63,360 nt of DNA from Clostridia bacterium (lineage in GTDB: Bacteria > Bacillota > Clostridia > UMGS1883). This document shows positions 48,158-58,250 of the stretch, one piece after another. How positions within the stretch are numbered: position 1 is the first letter of the stretch; each line of letters starts with the position of its first letter. A model generated the notes under the pieces. It was not told the origin of the DNA and ran no database searches. It was given only the letters and a program-made list of their open reading frames with translations. The translations under genes and the position numbers were made by a program. Where the stretch lies: assembly GCA_051866635.1 (NCBI GenBank), contig JBJDXJ010000006.1:10287-73646 (forward strand). The letters are read 5' to 3'.

Positions 48158-48256
48158 GTGTAATTGGGGACAGGTGTAATCTGGCACATGCCACTTTTTG
48201 CACAGTTCCTTCTCATGTTTTTAAACGTGCAATTCTAGACCCGTCCCCAGTTACAC
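48158..48256. repeat. 99-bp element bounded by 18-bp inverted repeats (REP/MITE-like)
   Basis: GTGTAATTGGGGACAGGT and ACCCGTCCCCAGTTACAC, 16/18 complementary. Confidence 0.6.
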
Positions 48257-48386
48257 AAATGGCTCCCCAAATTTATGGGGTTTTGGCACAGTCTGACATA
48301 CATTCTATGGCATTCTTTACACATTACCTGATGGAAATTTCCGGTTTTTATACACGAAACAGATGTCAGCAACTGCAGTCTGATAA

Positions 48387-49481
48387 TTATTGAAAATTTT
48401 TAACCATTCTTATCGCTATAATCAATGCCTGTTCTCTGGTAGCATTGGCATATCCTGTTGCTTCATCCTCGGTAGTTATATTCCTCGGTCCGAATTTATT
48501 ATCGCCTATGCCCTTGATTATTCCATTAGAATTCATAAAGTATACACTTTCTTTTGCCCAGTCTGAAATTTTATCATCATCCGCAAACGGAGTCGGCATT
48601 GTAAATTCAAGGGATATATCATCATTATTTATGCTCCAACCGGGAATGGTAACTCTCTTAAACACTCTTGTGAGCATGGTTGCACATTGTTCTCTGTTAA
48701 GATCCGCATCAGGGTCAAATCTATCGCTTGATACACCTATTGCAACCCCAAGATTATAGGCTTTTAATACATCCAGATTATTGGTATCAACAAATGGATT
48801 GGTAATTGCCGGCAGTGCTGCTGTACCGGAAAGAGCCTCAAACACTTTTACCGAAACAGCGGCAAATTCCTCACGTGTTATTGATTTGGTCAAATCCGCT
48901 TCTTTTAAAATTTCAGGTATAATCCCAAGTTTCTCAGCTTCAGCCAATTCAGGCTGTGCCCAGTTTGAAGCAATAATGCCCCATTCACAAATAAATCCAA
49001 CATTTTCGGTAGAAAAAAACTCTTCTTCCCCACTAATCCAATTTTCATTATTGATATCATTCCATACACCAAGTTTAGATTCATCACCCCAGTGATGACG
49101 TTGCATTTGAAGATAATGCTCATTCCCCTGATAATTATTAAAGGTTACTGTAGGTCCAAAATATGTCATTTCCTCTCCTGTCACCCAAATCCATGTTCCC
49201 TCATCCAGTTCATCGGTTGCACCAAGCCAATATTGAGCCTTGTTGCCGCTTGCAACAAGATTTTTGACAATTTCTTGTTCTTCTTCTGACATAATTGTTG
49301 CTAAGTGTCCACCCATATTCTCACAATATTCTTTAGCTTCTTTCCATGACATGCTTAATTCAAACCTTTGATAACGACGCCCATCAAAATCTACAATATC
49401 ATTTTCAGCAATTATCATCATAGGCATTGATACCAAACACATCACAAATACAACTAAAACAGACAAAATTCTTTTTTTCAT
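48387..49481 (-). CDS. C-type lectin domain + SLH domain surface protein
   Basis: MSWKEAKEYCENMGGHLATI, WLGATD, WIWVTGE, WND, FICEW; ITREEF, LNREQC, ATREQA; start at 49481. Confidence 0.88.
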   Translation of the reverse strand: MKKRILSVLVVFVMCLVSMPMMIIAENDIVDFDGRRYQRFELSMSWKEAKEYCENMGGHLATIMSEEEQEIVKNLVASGNKAQYWLGATDELDEGTWIWVTGEEMTYFGPTVTFNNYQGNEHYLQMQRHHWGDESKLGVWNDINNENWISGEEEFFSTENVGFICEWGIIASNWAQPELAEAEKLGIIPEILKEADLTKSITREEFAAVSVKVFEALSGTAALPAITNPFVDTNNLDVLKAYNLGVAIGVSSDRFDPDADLNREQCATMLTRVFKRVTIPGWSINNDDISLEFTMPTPFADDDKISDWAKESVYFMNSNGIIKGIGDNKFGPRNITTEDEATGYANATREQALIIAIRMVKNFQ

Positions 49482-49688
49482 AAAAATCTCCCTTCTGCTG
49501 CTTTGCGTCATCACAAGTAGTAATTAAATTTTTATCTCTTATCCGCAAAGCAAAAGAATGATAAGAGATTATTTGCCATTGACCTTTCGCACCTTTTGTG
49601 AGAAAATTTCGGCAGTACATAATTCCGCCGGAGACTATAATGTGAAACCTTCTTTCACGTTAACACTCCTTTGAATTTTATTAAGTGT

Positions 49689-49717
49689 ATTTTATCACGA
49701 ATAACATTTTTTTGCAA
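49689..49717 (-). promoter_or_regulatory. Candidate sigmaA promoter
   Basis: TTGCAA-17 bp-TAAAAT with extended -10 TG. Confidence 0.55.
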
Positions 49718-49742
49718 GTTGATTCACTAATCTTATATATAA

Positions 49743-49899
49743 AATAAGTAAAATCGACAAGTCCCTTTATATTCCTACCTCTTCCTTTTTCACTATTACC
49801 TATTACTTTCCAAAAATCGACAAAGCTTTTTAAGGAAAAGTGAATAGTGAATAGGTAATAAGTAAAATCGACAAGTCCCTTTCGAGACTTGTCGATTTT
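49743..49899. repeat. tRNA-Gln downstream terminator hairpin with duplicated arm
   Basis: 26-bp direct repeat at 49743-49768 and 49857-49882; hairpin 49864-49899; third partial AAAATCGACAA near 49813. Confidence 0.85.
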
Positions 49900-49972
49900 G
49901 GTTGCCGGACTAGGATTCGAACCCAGACAAACAGAGTCAGAGTCTGTCGTGCTACCCTTACACAATCCGGCA
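49899..49972 (-). tRNA. tRNA-Gln(CTG)
   Basis: Acceptor stem TGCCGGA/TCCGGCA, anticodon arm ACAGA-CTCTGAC-TCTGT, GTTCGAATC, CCA end. Confidence 0.96.
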
Positions 49973-50001
49973 ATATTTTGTTCAATTTTGATTACTTGTT
50001 C

Positions 50002-50029
50002 ATTATAGCATATAATTTCATTTTGTCAA
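50002..50029 (-). promoter_or_regulatory. sigmaA promoter of tRNA-Gln
   Basis: TTGACA-16 bp-TATAAT with extended -10 TG. Confidence 0.8.
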
Positions 50030-50051
50030 CACTTTTTTTGATATTTTTTAA

Positions 50052-50084
50052 TTTTTTTCGGCGGGAAAAACCCGCCGAAAAAAA
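50052..50084 (-). terminator. Terminator after clpX
   Basis: T7-CGGCGGG-loop-CCCGCCG-A7. Confidence 0.8.
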
Positions 50085-50091
50085 TGCATAT

Positions 50092-51321
50092 TTAAGATGC
50101 AATATATTCTTCACCCTTACTGTTTACAGTATCCGCTGTAACAGTAACCTTGTTCACATCTTCCCTTGAAGGTACATTAAACATAATATCGCTCATTGTT
50201 TCCTCCATTATTGCACGCAGACCTCTTGCACCTGTCTTTCTTTCAATAGCTTTATTGGCAATTGCATTAAGAGCATCTTCAGTTACTTCAAGGTCAATTC
50301 CGTCAATTTCAAATAGCTTTTTATACTGCTTTACAAGAGCATTTTTTGGTTTTGTAAGAATTTCCTTCAAAGCATCTGTGTCAAGATTTTCTAAGCTTAC
50401 AACAATGGGCAATCTTCCGATAAATTCGGGTATTATGCCAAACTTCAACAAATCCTGAGGTTCAACATTCTTAAGCATTTCGCCTAAATCGGCTTTACTT
50501 GTTGCCTTAATCTCGTTGCCAAATCCCATTGCCTGCTTACCCATACGCTTTGAAATAATCTTTTCCAAACCGTCAAAAGCACCGCCGCATATAAATAAAA
50601 TATTAGAGGTATCAATCCTGAAACATTCCTGCTGAGGATGCTTTCTTCCCCCCTGAGGAGGAACGGAAGCAATTGTGCCTTCCAAAATCTTAAGAAGTGC
50701 CTGTTGCACACCCTCGCCCGATACATCACGGGTGATAGATACATTTTCACCCTTCTTTGTTATTTTATCAATTTCATCAATATATATAATACCTTTTTCA
50801 GCCTTTTTAATATCACCGTTTGCCGCCATAATAAGCTTTAAAAGAATGTTTTCCACATCTTCGCCTACATAGCCTGCTTCTGTAAGACTTGTAGCATCGG
50901 CAATTGCAAAGGGTACATCAAGAAGTCTTGCCATAGTCTGTGCCAGAAGGGTTTTACCGCTACCTGTGGGACCAAGCATTAAAATATTGCTTTTCTGTAT
51001 TTCAACATCATCTTTGCTCTTTACACCGATGCGTTTATAGTGGTTATAAACTGCCACCGCAAGAGCTTTCTTTGCCTTATCCTGTCCGATTACATATTCA
51101 TCAAGGAAGTTTTTTATTTCAAGGGGAAGGGGGATTTCACGTGCAGATGCAGTTTCTTCTGCCTCGTAAGGCACATCATCAAACTCGCCGTCCAATATAT
51201 CTATACATGATTCAATACATTCATTACAAATATATACACCGGGACCTGCAATAAGTCTACCCACTCTTGACGCACTTCTGCCGCAAAATGAACACTTTGG
51301 TTCGTTTGTTCCTGTACTCAT
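50092..51321 (-). CDS. clpX: ATP-dependent Clp protease ATP-binding subunit ClpX
   Basis: CSFCG..ICNEC zinc finger, [22 protein letters not shown]. Confidence 0.98.
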   Translation of the reverse strand: MSTGTNEPKCSFCGRSASRVGRLIAGPGVYICNECIESCIDILDGEFDDVPYEAEETASAREIPLPLEIKNFLDEYVIGQDKAKKALAVAVYNHYKRIGVKSKDDVEIQKSNILMLGPTGSGKTLLAQTMARLLDVPFAIADATSLTEAGYVGEDVENILLKLIMAANGDIKKAEKGIIYIDEIDKITKKGENVSITRDVSGEGVQQALLKILEGTIASVPPQGGRKHPQQECFRIDTSNILFICGGAFDGLEKIISKRMGKQAMGFGNEIKATSKADLGEMLKNVEPQDLLKFGIIPEFIGRLPIVVSLENLDTDALKEILTKPKNALVKQYKKLFEIDGIDLEVTEDALNAIANKAIERKTGARGLRAIMEETMSDIMFNVPSREDVNKVTVTADTVNSKGEEYIAS

Positions 51322-51390
51322 AAAGGAAAAGCCTCCAAATTTTCAATACTTTCTAAAATGAAGCCGAGCAAATTATGCTCGGCTCCAATG

Positions 51391-51972
51391 TTATCGTTCA
51401 GTAATAATTCTGTCAATCAAGCCATAATTAAGGGCTTCTTCTGCACTCATGAAATTGTCGCGTTCAGTATCTCTTACGATATCTTCCAAAGGCTTACCTG
51501 TGTTAGCAGCCAATATGTTATTAAGTTTTTCCTTTGTCTTAAGGAGCCACTTAGCATGAATTTCAACATCAGTTGCCTGACCCTTTGCACCGCCCAGAGG
51601 CTGATGAATCATTATCTCACTGTTGGGAAGAGCCAATCTCTTACCCTTTGTGCCTGCCGAAAGCAGGAACGCACCCATGGAAGCCGCCAAACCTACACAG
51701 ATAGTTGATACATCGCACTTAATGTAGTTCATTGTATCATAAATTGCCATGCCTGCTGTAACACTTCCCCCGGGGCTATTAATATAAAAATGTATATCCT
51801 TATCGGGATCTTCGCTCTCAAGGAAAAGAAGCTGTGCCACAATGAGGCTTGCTGTTGTATCATTCACCTCGTCAGAAAGGAAGATAATTCTGTCCTTTAA
51901 AAGACGGGAATAAATATCATAAGAACGTTCACCGTTTCCGGTCTGTTCAATTACGTATGGTACAAACGCCAT
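51391..51972 (-). CDS. clpP: Clp protease proteolytic subunit
   Basis: [29 protein letters not shown]. Confidence 0.98.
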   Translation of the reverse strand: MAFVPYVIEQTGNGERSYDIYSRLLKDRIIFLSDEVNDTTASLIVAQLLFLESEDPDKDIHFYINSPGGSVTAGMAIYDTMNYIKCDVSTICVGLAASMGAFLLSAGTKGKRLALPNSEIMIHQPLGGAKGQATDVEIHAKWLLKTKEKLNNILAANTGKPLEDIVRDTERDNFMSAEEALNYGLIDRIITER

Positions 51973-52005
51973 TTAAAACACATCCTTTTCAGTTTTTAAT
52001 TAAAA

Positions 52006-53289
52006 TTAGTTAGCCGCAGAATCAGTAAGGAACTTAACAGTCTTTCTGAATTCAATATCCTGACGGATAGCTGCTTCATTAGCCGTTACAATTTCGCGAA
52101 CCTTATCTTCTTCCATGCCGTAACCTTCTGCAAGCTTCTTAACTTCTTCGTTAATGTCGTCCTCTGTAGCAGTGATGCCTTCAGCCTTTGCAACATTTTC
52201 AATAAGAAGGGCAACCTTTGCACCTTTTTCTGCCTGGGGACGGATATTTTCACGGAAAGCTTCTTCAGTCATGCCTGTAAACTGCATATACTGTTCAAAG
52301 GAAAGTCCCTGAGATTCAACACGGTACTTCATGTCGTTAACATAGGAATCAATCTGCTTTTCAACCATAACCTTGGGCATATCAACTTCCATCATATCAG
52401 CTGCCTGTTCCAAAACGGAGTTTTCAAAGTCGGCTTCTGCTTCCTTTTCATTTCTTTCCTTAAGTTTTGCCACGATATCTGCCTTATATTCATCAAGTGT
52501 ATCAAATTCAGATACATCCTTTGCAAATTCATCGTCAAGCTCGGGAAGTTCCTTCTTTACGATAGAATGCATAACGCACTTAAATACGGCTTCCTTACCT
52601 GCCAAAGCTTCAGCATGGTAATCTTCGGGGAAGGTTACATTTACAAGAACTTCTTCGTTAAGTGCCTTACCTACAAGCTGTTCTTCAAAGCCGGGGATAA
52701 AGCTACCGCTACCTAATTCAAGGTTGTAGCCTTCTGCCTTACCGCCTTCGAAGGGTACGCCGTCAACACTGCCGTCAAAGTCAAGTACAACTGTGTCACC
52801 GTTTGCAGGTGTGCCTTCTTCAACTGTTGTTACTCTTGCACAGTTTTCCTGAGCACGCTTAAGTTCATTTTCAACATCTTCGTCTGTTACTTCTTTAACT
52901 ACCTTTTCAACCTTCAAGCTCTTATAATCGCCAAGCTTTACTTCAGGCTTTACTGTTACGATGATAGAAAATACAGGTGCTTCACCCTTTTCAAGCTTTA
53001 CAATATCAACTTCAGGCTGGTCAACAGTGTCAAGATTAAGTTCCTTCACTGCTTCATCGTATGCATCGGGAAGCACAAAGTTTATTGCATCATCATAAAA
53101 AATTGCTTCGCCGTACATCTTTTCAATAAAAGCTCTGGGAGCCTTACCCTTTCTGAAACCGGGAATATTGATGGACTTAACATTTTTTCTATAGCTCTTA
53201 TCCATGGCAGCTTCAAAAGCTTCCTTTTCGATTTCTATTTCAAGATAAACCTGGCTGTTTTCTCTTGTTTCATTCTTTAAAACCTTCAT
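52006..53289 (-). CDS. tig: Trigger factor
   Basis: IPGFRKGKAP, FIPGFEEQLVG; start MKVLKN at 53289. Confidence 0.97.
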   Translation of the reverse strand: MKVLKNETRENSQVYLEIEIEKEAFEAAMDKSYRKNVKSINIPGFRKGKAPRAFIEKMYGEAIFYDDAINFVLPDAYDEAVKELNLDTVDQPEVDIVKLEKGEAPVFSIIVTVKPEVKLGDYKSLKVEKVVKEVTDEDVENELKRAQENCARVTTVEEGTPANGDTVVLDFDGSVDGVPFEGGKAEGYNLELGSGSFIPGFEEQLVGKALNEEVLVNVTFPEDYHAEALAGKEAVFKCVMHSIVKKELPELDDEFAKDVSEFDTLDEYKADIVAKLKERNEKEAEADFENSVLEQAADMMEVDMPKVMVEKQIDSYVNDMKYRVESQGLSFEQYMQFTGMTEEAFRENIRPQAEKGAKVALLIENVAKAEGITATEDDINEEVKKLAEGYGMEEDKVREIVTANEAAIRQDIEFRKTVKFLTDSAAN

Positions 53290-53369
53290 TGGTATTCCTC
53301 CTAAATAGTGGTATCTAAATAATTTTAGCACATTTTTTCCGCTATTTCAAGTACTTTTTTCGCTTTTTA

Positions 53370-54356
53370 TTATAATAATGTGGCACGAAGCTCTTCGCCT
53401 GTTTTCATAGACAAGTAACAAGGTGCAATATCGAACACTGTCTTTGCACCGCTTACGCCTTCCTTTGCCAATCTGTAGGCGGCTCTTGCATATGCTATTA
53501 TAACGGATGATGTAAATTCGGGGTTACTGTCAAGCTTTAAACTATATTCAATAATATGGCTGTTTTCCCCGTTCAAGCCTGTTTTGCCGCTTCTTATAAC
53601 AAATCCACCGTGAGGAATTCCCGCATGGTCACGTTTAAGTTCTTCCTCTGTGATAAAATGAACAATTGTGTCATAATCTGCAAAATAGTTAGGCATATTC
53701 TTAATTGTGCTTTCTATCTTTTCAAGGTCCGCACCTTCTTCGGGCACAACAAAACATTCACGGATATGCTTTTCACGTGTTGTAAGGCTGGGGTTTTCAC
53801 CGCTTCTTACCTTATCAAGAGCAGCCTCCACGGGAATTGTATACTGCTTACCGTCCTTAACGCCTTCTACTCGTCTTATAGCATCGCTGTGACCCTGGCT
53901 TACACCCTTGCCCCAGAATGTATAATCCTTACCTTCGGGAAGAATTGATTCCGATATCATTCTTGTTAATGAAAACATACCCGGGTCCCAACCAACAGAA
54001 ATAATACCAACCTTGCCGCTTTGTTTTGCCGCACTGTCAACCGAGGCAAAATGCTGGGGGATTTTTGCATGTGTGTCAAAGCTGTCAACTACATTAAAGA
54101 GCTTGACTGTTTCAGGGGTCTGCACAGGAAGGTCCGTTGCACTGCCGCCGCAAAGAATCATAACATCAATTTCATCCTTCCAGTTTTCCATCTCTGACAC
54201 ATGGCAAACCTTTGCCGTTTCTGTAAGTATTGAAACTGTTTCGGGATTTCTTCTTGAAAATACTGCCTTAAGCTCCATGTCAGGATTCTGCCTGATAGCA
54301 CATTCCACGCCTCTGCCTAAATTGCCATAACCTAAAATACCGATTCTGATACTCAT
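53370..54356 (-). CDS. ddh: meso-diaminopimelate D-dehydrogenase
   Basis: GYGNLG, DSFDTH, GWDPG, TFWGKGVSQGHSDA, NPEFT. Confidence 0.95.
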   Translation of the reverse strand: MSIRIGILGYGNLGRGVECAIRQNPDMELKAVFSRRNPETVSILTETAKVCHVSEMENWKDEIDVMILCGGSATDLPVQTPETVKLFNVVDSFDTHAKIPQHFASVDSAAKQSGKVGIISVGWDPGMFSLTRMISESILPEGKDYTFWGKGVSQGHSDAIRRVEGVKDGKQYTIPVEAALDKVRSGENPSLTTREKHIRECFVVPEEGADLEKIESTIKNMPNYFADYDTIVHFITEEELKRDHAGIPHGGFVIRSGKTGLNGENSHIIEYSLKLDSNPEFTSSVIIAYARAAYRLAKEGVSGAKTVFDIAPCYLSMKTGEELRATLL

Positions 54357-54497
54357 ACTTTTAACCCCTTTACGTTAAACTTTTTGTCTTTATTATACTC
54401 CCCTCTGTTCAAATTGCAAGCATTTTTTTACGAAAATGACCGTGGAAGTATTTGAACCCCACGGCCGTTTCCTTTAATAAAATGTATCTTTTAACTG

Positions 54498-56072
54498 TTA
54501 TACATCATATACACAAATCGCACCTGTAAGTGTGTTTACGATAATTTCATACCTTCCGTCACCATCAATATCCTTCACAACGGGAGAAGCCTTACCCCCG
54601 TTTGAATGAACCTTACCTTCCTTACTGTCAGGAAGAGTAACCTTGCTTATCAATTTGCCTTCATAGTTAAGAATGTACAAGCTACCGTTCATCGGTGCAT
54701 AATTCTGGTATTCGTCATAGAAAGAAGTAAATATAACCTCCTTCTTTCCGTCGTAGTCCAAATCCACGCATACAACAGGAGAAGCATATTCAAACATGGG
54801 GCTTGTTCTCTTTGTTAAAGAATAAGGCCATGCGTAAGGTTCTGTCCTGTTCAGACCAAAGCAATGAACCTTTCCGTTATAGGAGTTAAACAGAATTTCG
54901 ACTTCACCGTCACCGTCCAAATCACTTACAACAGGTGACTGGAAAACACCGGATGAAACATTGATCTTATTTTGATACAAAGGTTCACCCAAATCCGTGG
55001 GAATAATTTCCCAATTGTAGCCCTTCTGGTCATTTCTGTAACGTGTGCGGTCGGAATTCAATATTGCAATGGTCATATATTCTGTAGGCGGGTATGTAGG
55101 TGCATATTTTCTGTTACACATAATAGTTGACACAATAACTTCTTTTGTACCATTATTATCAACATCGTATACCACTGCCTTTGCGTGTCCGCCCTCGCCC
55201 TTATATAATTGTTCACGTGTTTCACTGCCGTTACAGGGATAACCCCAACCGCCGTTTTCGCTTTTGATTTCTGTGGCATAATCTTCAAAAAGTGATATCA
55301 TTCCCCAGCTTCTGTTGCCGAAAACTGTACTGTTTGCCATGAATAAACTTCCGTCAGGTTCAAAAACAGAAATCTGAGACAAGTCAGAAGGAACAATGAT
55401 TTCCTTTATACCATCGTTATTTAAGTCTTCTGCGGCAATGGAATCCATAAACACACCGTACAACCATGTTTTGCTCTTATTGGAAGGACTTAACTGAGGC
55501 CATCCCGGTCTTAATGTTCCGTCATGATTGAATACATACACAGAACCTTCACCGTCCACACCGTAGCCTACAATAATTTCACTGTAGCCGTCATTTTCCA
55601 AATCAGCAACCGTAATGCATCTTACACTGCTTACAACAGGTGTTTGTGGCCAACCGGGCATAAAAAAACCGTCAGATGAAAGAACAGATATTAAACCTTT
55701 ACCGTGACCTGTTATAATCTCCATTTTTCCGTCGTTATTTATATCACAAATTTCAACATCGCTCCATGTGTGACCGTTACTAAGTCCAAATTCCTTCACA
55801 GGAGTATTTCTGTCATAGCCTGAATTAACCTTCCATTCCGTCTTGCCGGTGGCACCGTCAAGAACAGTTATGGTGTAGTTGGAAAAAATAATTTCATCTT
55901 TTCCGTCACCGTCAATGTCACATACAGCAGGTGCAGAATAATACGACTCCTCTGTCCAAAGGGGAAATGTCCCTGCGTTACTGTACTTCAGAGTGGGTTG
56001 AATTGCCGCACTTGCCATTACGGGACACATTCCAACAAGTAATGCCAATAATATTAATACTTTGTTTTTCAT
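54498..56072 (-). CDS. Secreted FG-GAP/VCBS repeat beta-propeller protein
   Basis: Signal peptide; repeated DIDGDGxxEII and GWPQ. Confidence 0.85.
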   Translation of the reverse strand: MKNKVLILLALLVGMCPVMASAAIQPTLKYSNAGTFPLWTEESYYSAPAVCDIDGDGKDEIIFSNYTITVLDGATGKTEWKVNSGYDRNTPVKEFGLSNGHTWSDVEICDINNDGKMEIITGHGKGLISVLSSDGFFMPGWPQTPVVSSVRCITVADLENDGYSEIIVGYGVDGEGSVYVFNHDGTLRPGWPQLSPSNKSKTWLYGVFMDSIAAEDLNNDGIKEIIVPSDLSQISVFEPDGSLFMANSTVFGNRSWGMISLFEDYATEIKSENGGWGYPCNGSETREQLYKGEGGHAKAVVYDVDNNGTKEVIVSTIMCNRKYAPTYPPTEYMTIAILNSDRTRYRNDQKGYNWEIIPTDLGEPLYQNKINVSSGVFQSPVVSDLDGDGEVEILFNSYNGKVHCFGLNRTEPYAWPYSLTKRTSPMFEYASPVVCVDLDYDGKKEVIFTSFYDEYQNYAPMNGSLYILNYEGKLISKVTLPDSKEGKVHSNGGKASPVVKDIDGDGRYEIIVNTLTGAICVYDV

Positions 56073-56083
56073 CTTATCACCCC

Positions 56084-57079
56084 TTAATTTTCTCCTACAC
56101 CGCTTTTGCCAACAGTAAGATAAGACTTACCTTCGCTTGTGGTTTTAATTACAATAAACTCATATGTTTTTGACTTGTCAAGCCCGTAAACATAAAGCTC
56201 GGATACATATCCTGCAGGGTCGTGGTTGTAATAGTAAACCTCACCTTTTTCCATATATATTGAATCTTCTTTGCTAAGGCTTACCTCTCTGAGGTTACTT
56301 GTACCCTTTTCCATTACAAAAACTCTTAATCCGTAATGTTCAACTTCATCATCAAATACGATTTCATAGCTGTTTCTAAGTTTAAAAACTTCAATATCGC
56401 CCAATGTTTCATCAAGCTCCGAAAATGCATCGGAAATTGTTTTTGCCTTTAAAAGTGACAGCTTGGATGCCTTAGCCGAATCAACTGCCAATTCGTCACA
56501 AAGCTTTGCAATAAGTGTTCTTGATGAATTGTTCAGGTTTGCTCTCAAAGCGTTATAGCACATATCAATCATCGTACTTCTCAAAAGGTAATCTACATCA
56601 CTGCTACCGTCTGTGATTACACCTTTTCCCTTTGCAAAGAAGGAAACACCGTTGTAATTAAAATCACCCTTCGCATCGCTGTAGCCCAAAACTCTCATAA
56701 GCATTGTTGCAAACTGTTGTACTGTTGCATAATCTGTTGCACCGAAATAAGTATCGGATACACCGTTCACAAGATAGTTTTCGTAAAGCCAGCCAACATA
56801 ATCAGATGCCCATAGAGGTACATCTGTAAAGGGATGTGGATTTTTCTGGTAAATCGCCTTTTCTTCCTTACCTAACATTCTCACAACGGTTACGCACATT
56901 TCAACACGTGTTGCGTACCTGTCAAGTTCCAGCCCTTCCAAAGAAAAACTGCCTGTTGTGCCTTTCAGTAGTCCCAAATCATAAAGTGCTTCAGCCTTTT
57001 GGGCAATGCCTGCACCAAAGCAAGGAACCGATGAAAAAACAATTGCTAAAATTAAAAATACTGTTACGGTTCTTTTCAT
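56084..57079 (-). CDS. SLH domain protein
   Basis: ATRVEM, PFTDVPLWA, LVNGVSDTYFG; start MKRTVT at 57079. Confidence 0.85.
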   Translation of the reverse strand: MKRTVTVFLILAIVFSSVPCFGAGIAQKAEALYDLGLLKGTTGSFSLEGLELDRYATRVEMCVTVVRMLGKEEKAIYQKNPHPFTDVPLWASDYVGWLYENYLVNGVSDTYFGATDYATVQQFATMLMRVLGYSDAKGDFNYNGVSFFAKGKGVITDGSSDVDYLLRSTMIDMCYNALRANLNNSSRTLIAKLCDELAVDSAKASKLSLLKAKTISDAFSELDETLGDIEVFKLRNSYEIVFDDEVEHYGLRVFVMEKGTSNLREVSLSKEDSIYMEKGEVYYYNHDPAGYVSELYVYGLDKSKTYEFIVIKTTSEGKSYLTVGKSGVGEN

Positions 57080-57110
57080 TTGTTTACTCCTTCTTAAAAA
57101 ATATATATCT

Positions 57111-57674
57111 TTATGCGTCTTCTTCGTACACATTAAGATACTCCTCAATTTCTTCAAGTTTTTTATCGTAGTCCTTAATATCTTTAAAAACCTTAAACCC
57201 GCCGATTAAAGTAAATACATATCCCAAAAACAGATTTCCCGCACTGTAGGACATAAATTCACCAAAGTGATTTACATAATATTTAAAATATCCCGATGCA
57301 TGTTGGGCAATTGTTTCCTCGGACATAATATATATCATGCTTCCCAAAAATTCCCCGATAGGCAGTGCTATTACGCACGATATCATAACACACCAAAACT
57401 TGTTCAGATTTCGCTTAACCTTTGTGGCATCATAATACTTAGATGCCATTATAACCATTACAAACCCAAAAAGTGTGCCTATCCAGCCGCTGCTTCTCAG
57501 CATACCATACAGTATTGCACCGGACAATGCACCGGAAAAAGCCCCCCAAAAGCCCAAAAAGTAATTTGAGGAACGCATTCTTTCTTCATCCATACATGTT
57601 TTCATGTATTCTCGCTTGTCACGCTCCATCGCCGCCTTTTGCTCATTTGGAGATAGGTATTTAATTTCAGACAA
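57111..57674 (-). CDS. Hypothetical membrane protein
   Basis: About four TMs; AGAGG RBS. Confidence 0.7.
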   Translation of the reverse strand: MSEIKYLSPNEQKAAMERDKREYMKTCMDEERMRSSNYFLGFWGAFSGALSGAILYGMLRSSGWIGTLFGFVMVIMASKYYDATKVKRNLNKFWCVMISCVIALPIGEFLGSMIYIMSEETIAQHASGYFKYYVNHFGEFMSYSAGNLFLGYVFTLIGGFKVFKDIKDYDKKLEEIEEYLNVYEEDA

Positions 57675-57732
57675 ACATATAACCTCCTCTTTTGAAGTTA
57701 TGGGATTATTATAGCACTATTGCCAAAATTTT

Positions 57733-58155
57733 TCAACCCTTAATAATACCGCAGGCTATTTTTTCACCTGCATTTCCTGACGGCTGGCTTGTAAAATCAT
57801 CGGGCTTTTCATGAATAACAACCGTTTTGTTAATAATATTGCAAATCGTAAACCTGTTTGTTTCAAAGCTTAAAAACGCTTTTCCGTCATTTGAAAAAAG
57901 AGGCGGCATATCGCCTGTATGCTTTGGGTGAATATCGTTCCACAAATTCAGATGTCCTTTTGTGTTTTCAAAATTTTCACCTTTGCAATCTGAACCTTGG
58001 TGAATATGAAATGCAAATATATTTGTTTCTGTTTTGGGAAGACCCGTTATATGTGCAGTTACCAGCACATTTTTGCCCCTTTCTGCAAAAATAACTTTGC
58101 CATATATCTGAGGATACTTTTCTCCTCCCGAGATTTTTGCTGCTGCATATTTCAT
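57733..58155 (-). CDS. sodC: Cu/Zn superoxide dismutase family protein
   Basis: FHIH, GHLN, HPKHTGD, VVIHEKPDDF, GNAGEKIACG. Confidence 0.88.
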   Translation of the reverse strand: MKYAAAKISGGEKYPQIYGKVIFAERGKNVLVTAHITGLPKTETNIFAFHIHQGSDCKGENFENTKGHLNLWNDIHPKHTGDMPPLFSNDGKAFLSFETNRFTICNIINKTVVIHEKPDDFTSQPSGNAGEKIACGIIKG

Positions 58156-58192
58156 AATTCATCATCCTTTCTTTCCATTATATGAAATTGGT

Positions 58193-58220
58193 TTGACAAA
58201 TCACAAAATTTCTGTATAAT
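58193..58220 (+). promoter_or_regulatory. sigmaA promoter of aroK
   Basis: TTGACA-16 bp-TATAAT. Confidence 0.7.
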
Positions 58221-58250
58221 ATAATAAAGACATCACGGAGGTGCATATTC

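Noticed and set aside
48003-48203. 66-aa ORF (and 47932-48132 on the + strand)
   Set aside because: Runs through a terminator and an inverted-repeat element; no family motifs
49500-49577. Second c-di-GMP-I riboswitch
   Set aside because: Two landmarks are present, but the P2 spacing is far too long and no P3 or tetraloop receptor follows
49743-49899. Possible CRISPR array
   Set aside because: Only two full repeats with an 88-bp spacer, and no cas genes
49681-49965. 94-aa minus-strand ORF
   Set aside because: Overlaps tRNA-Gln and its repeats
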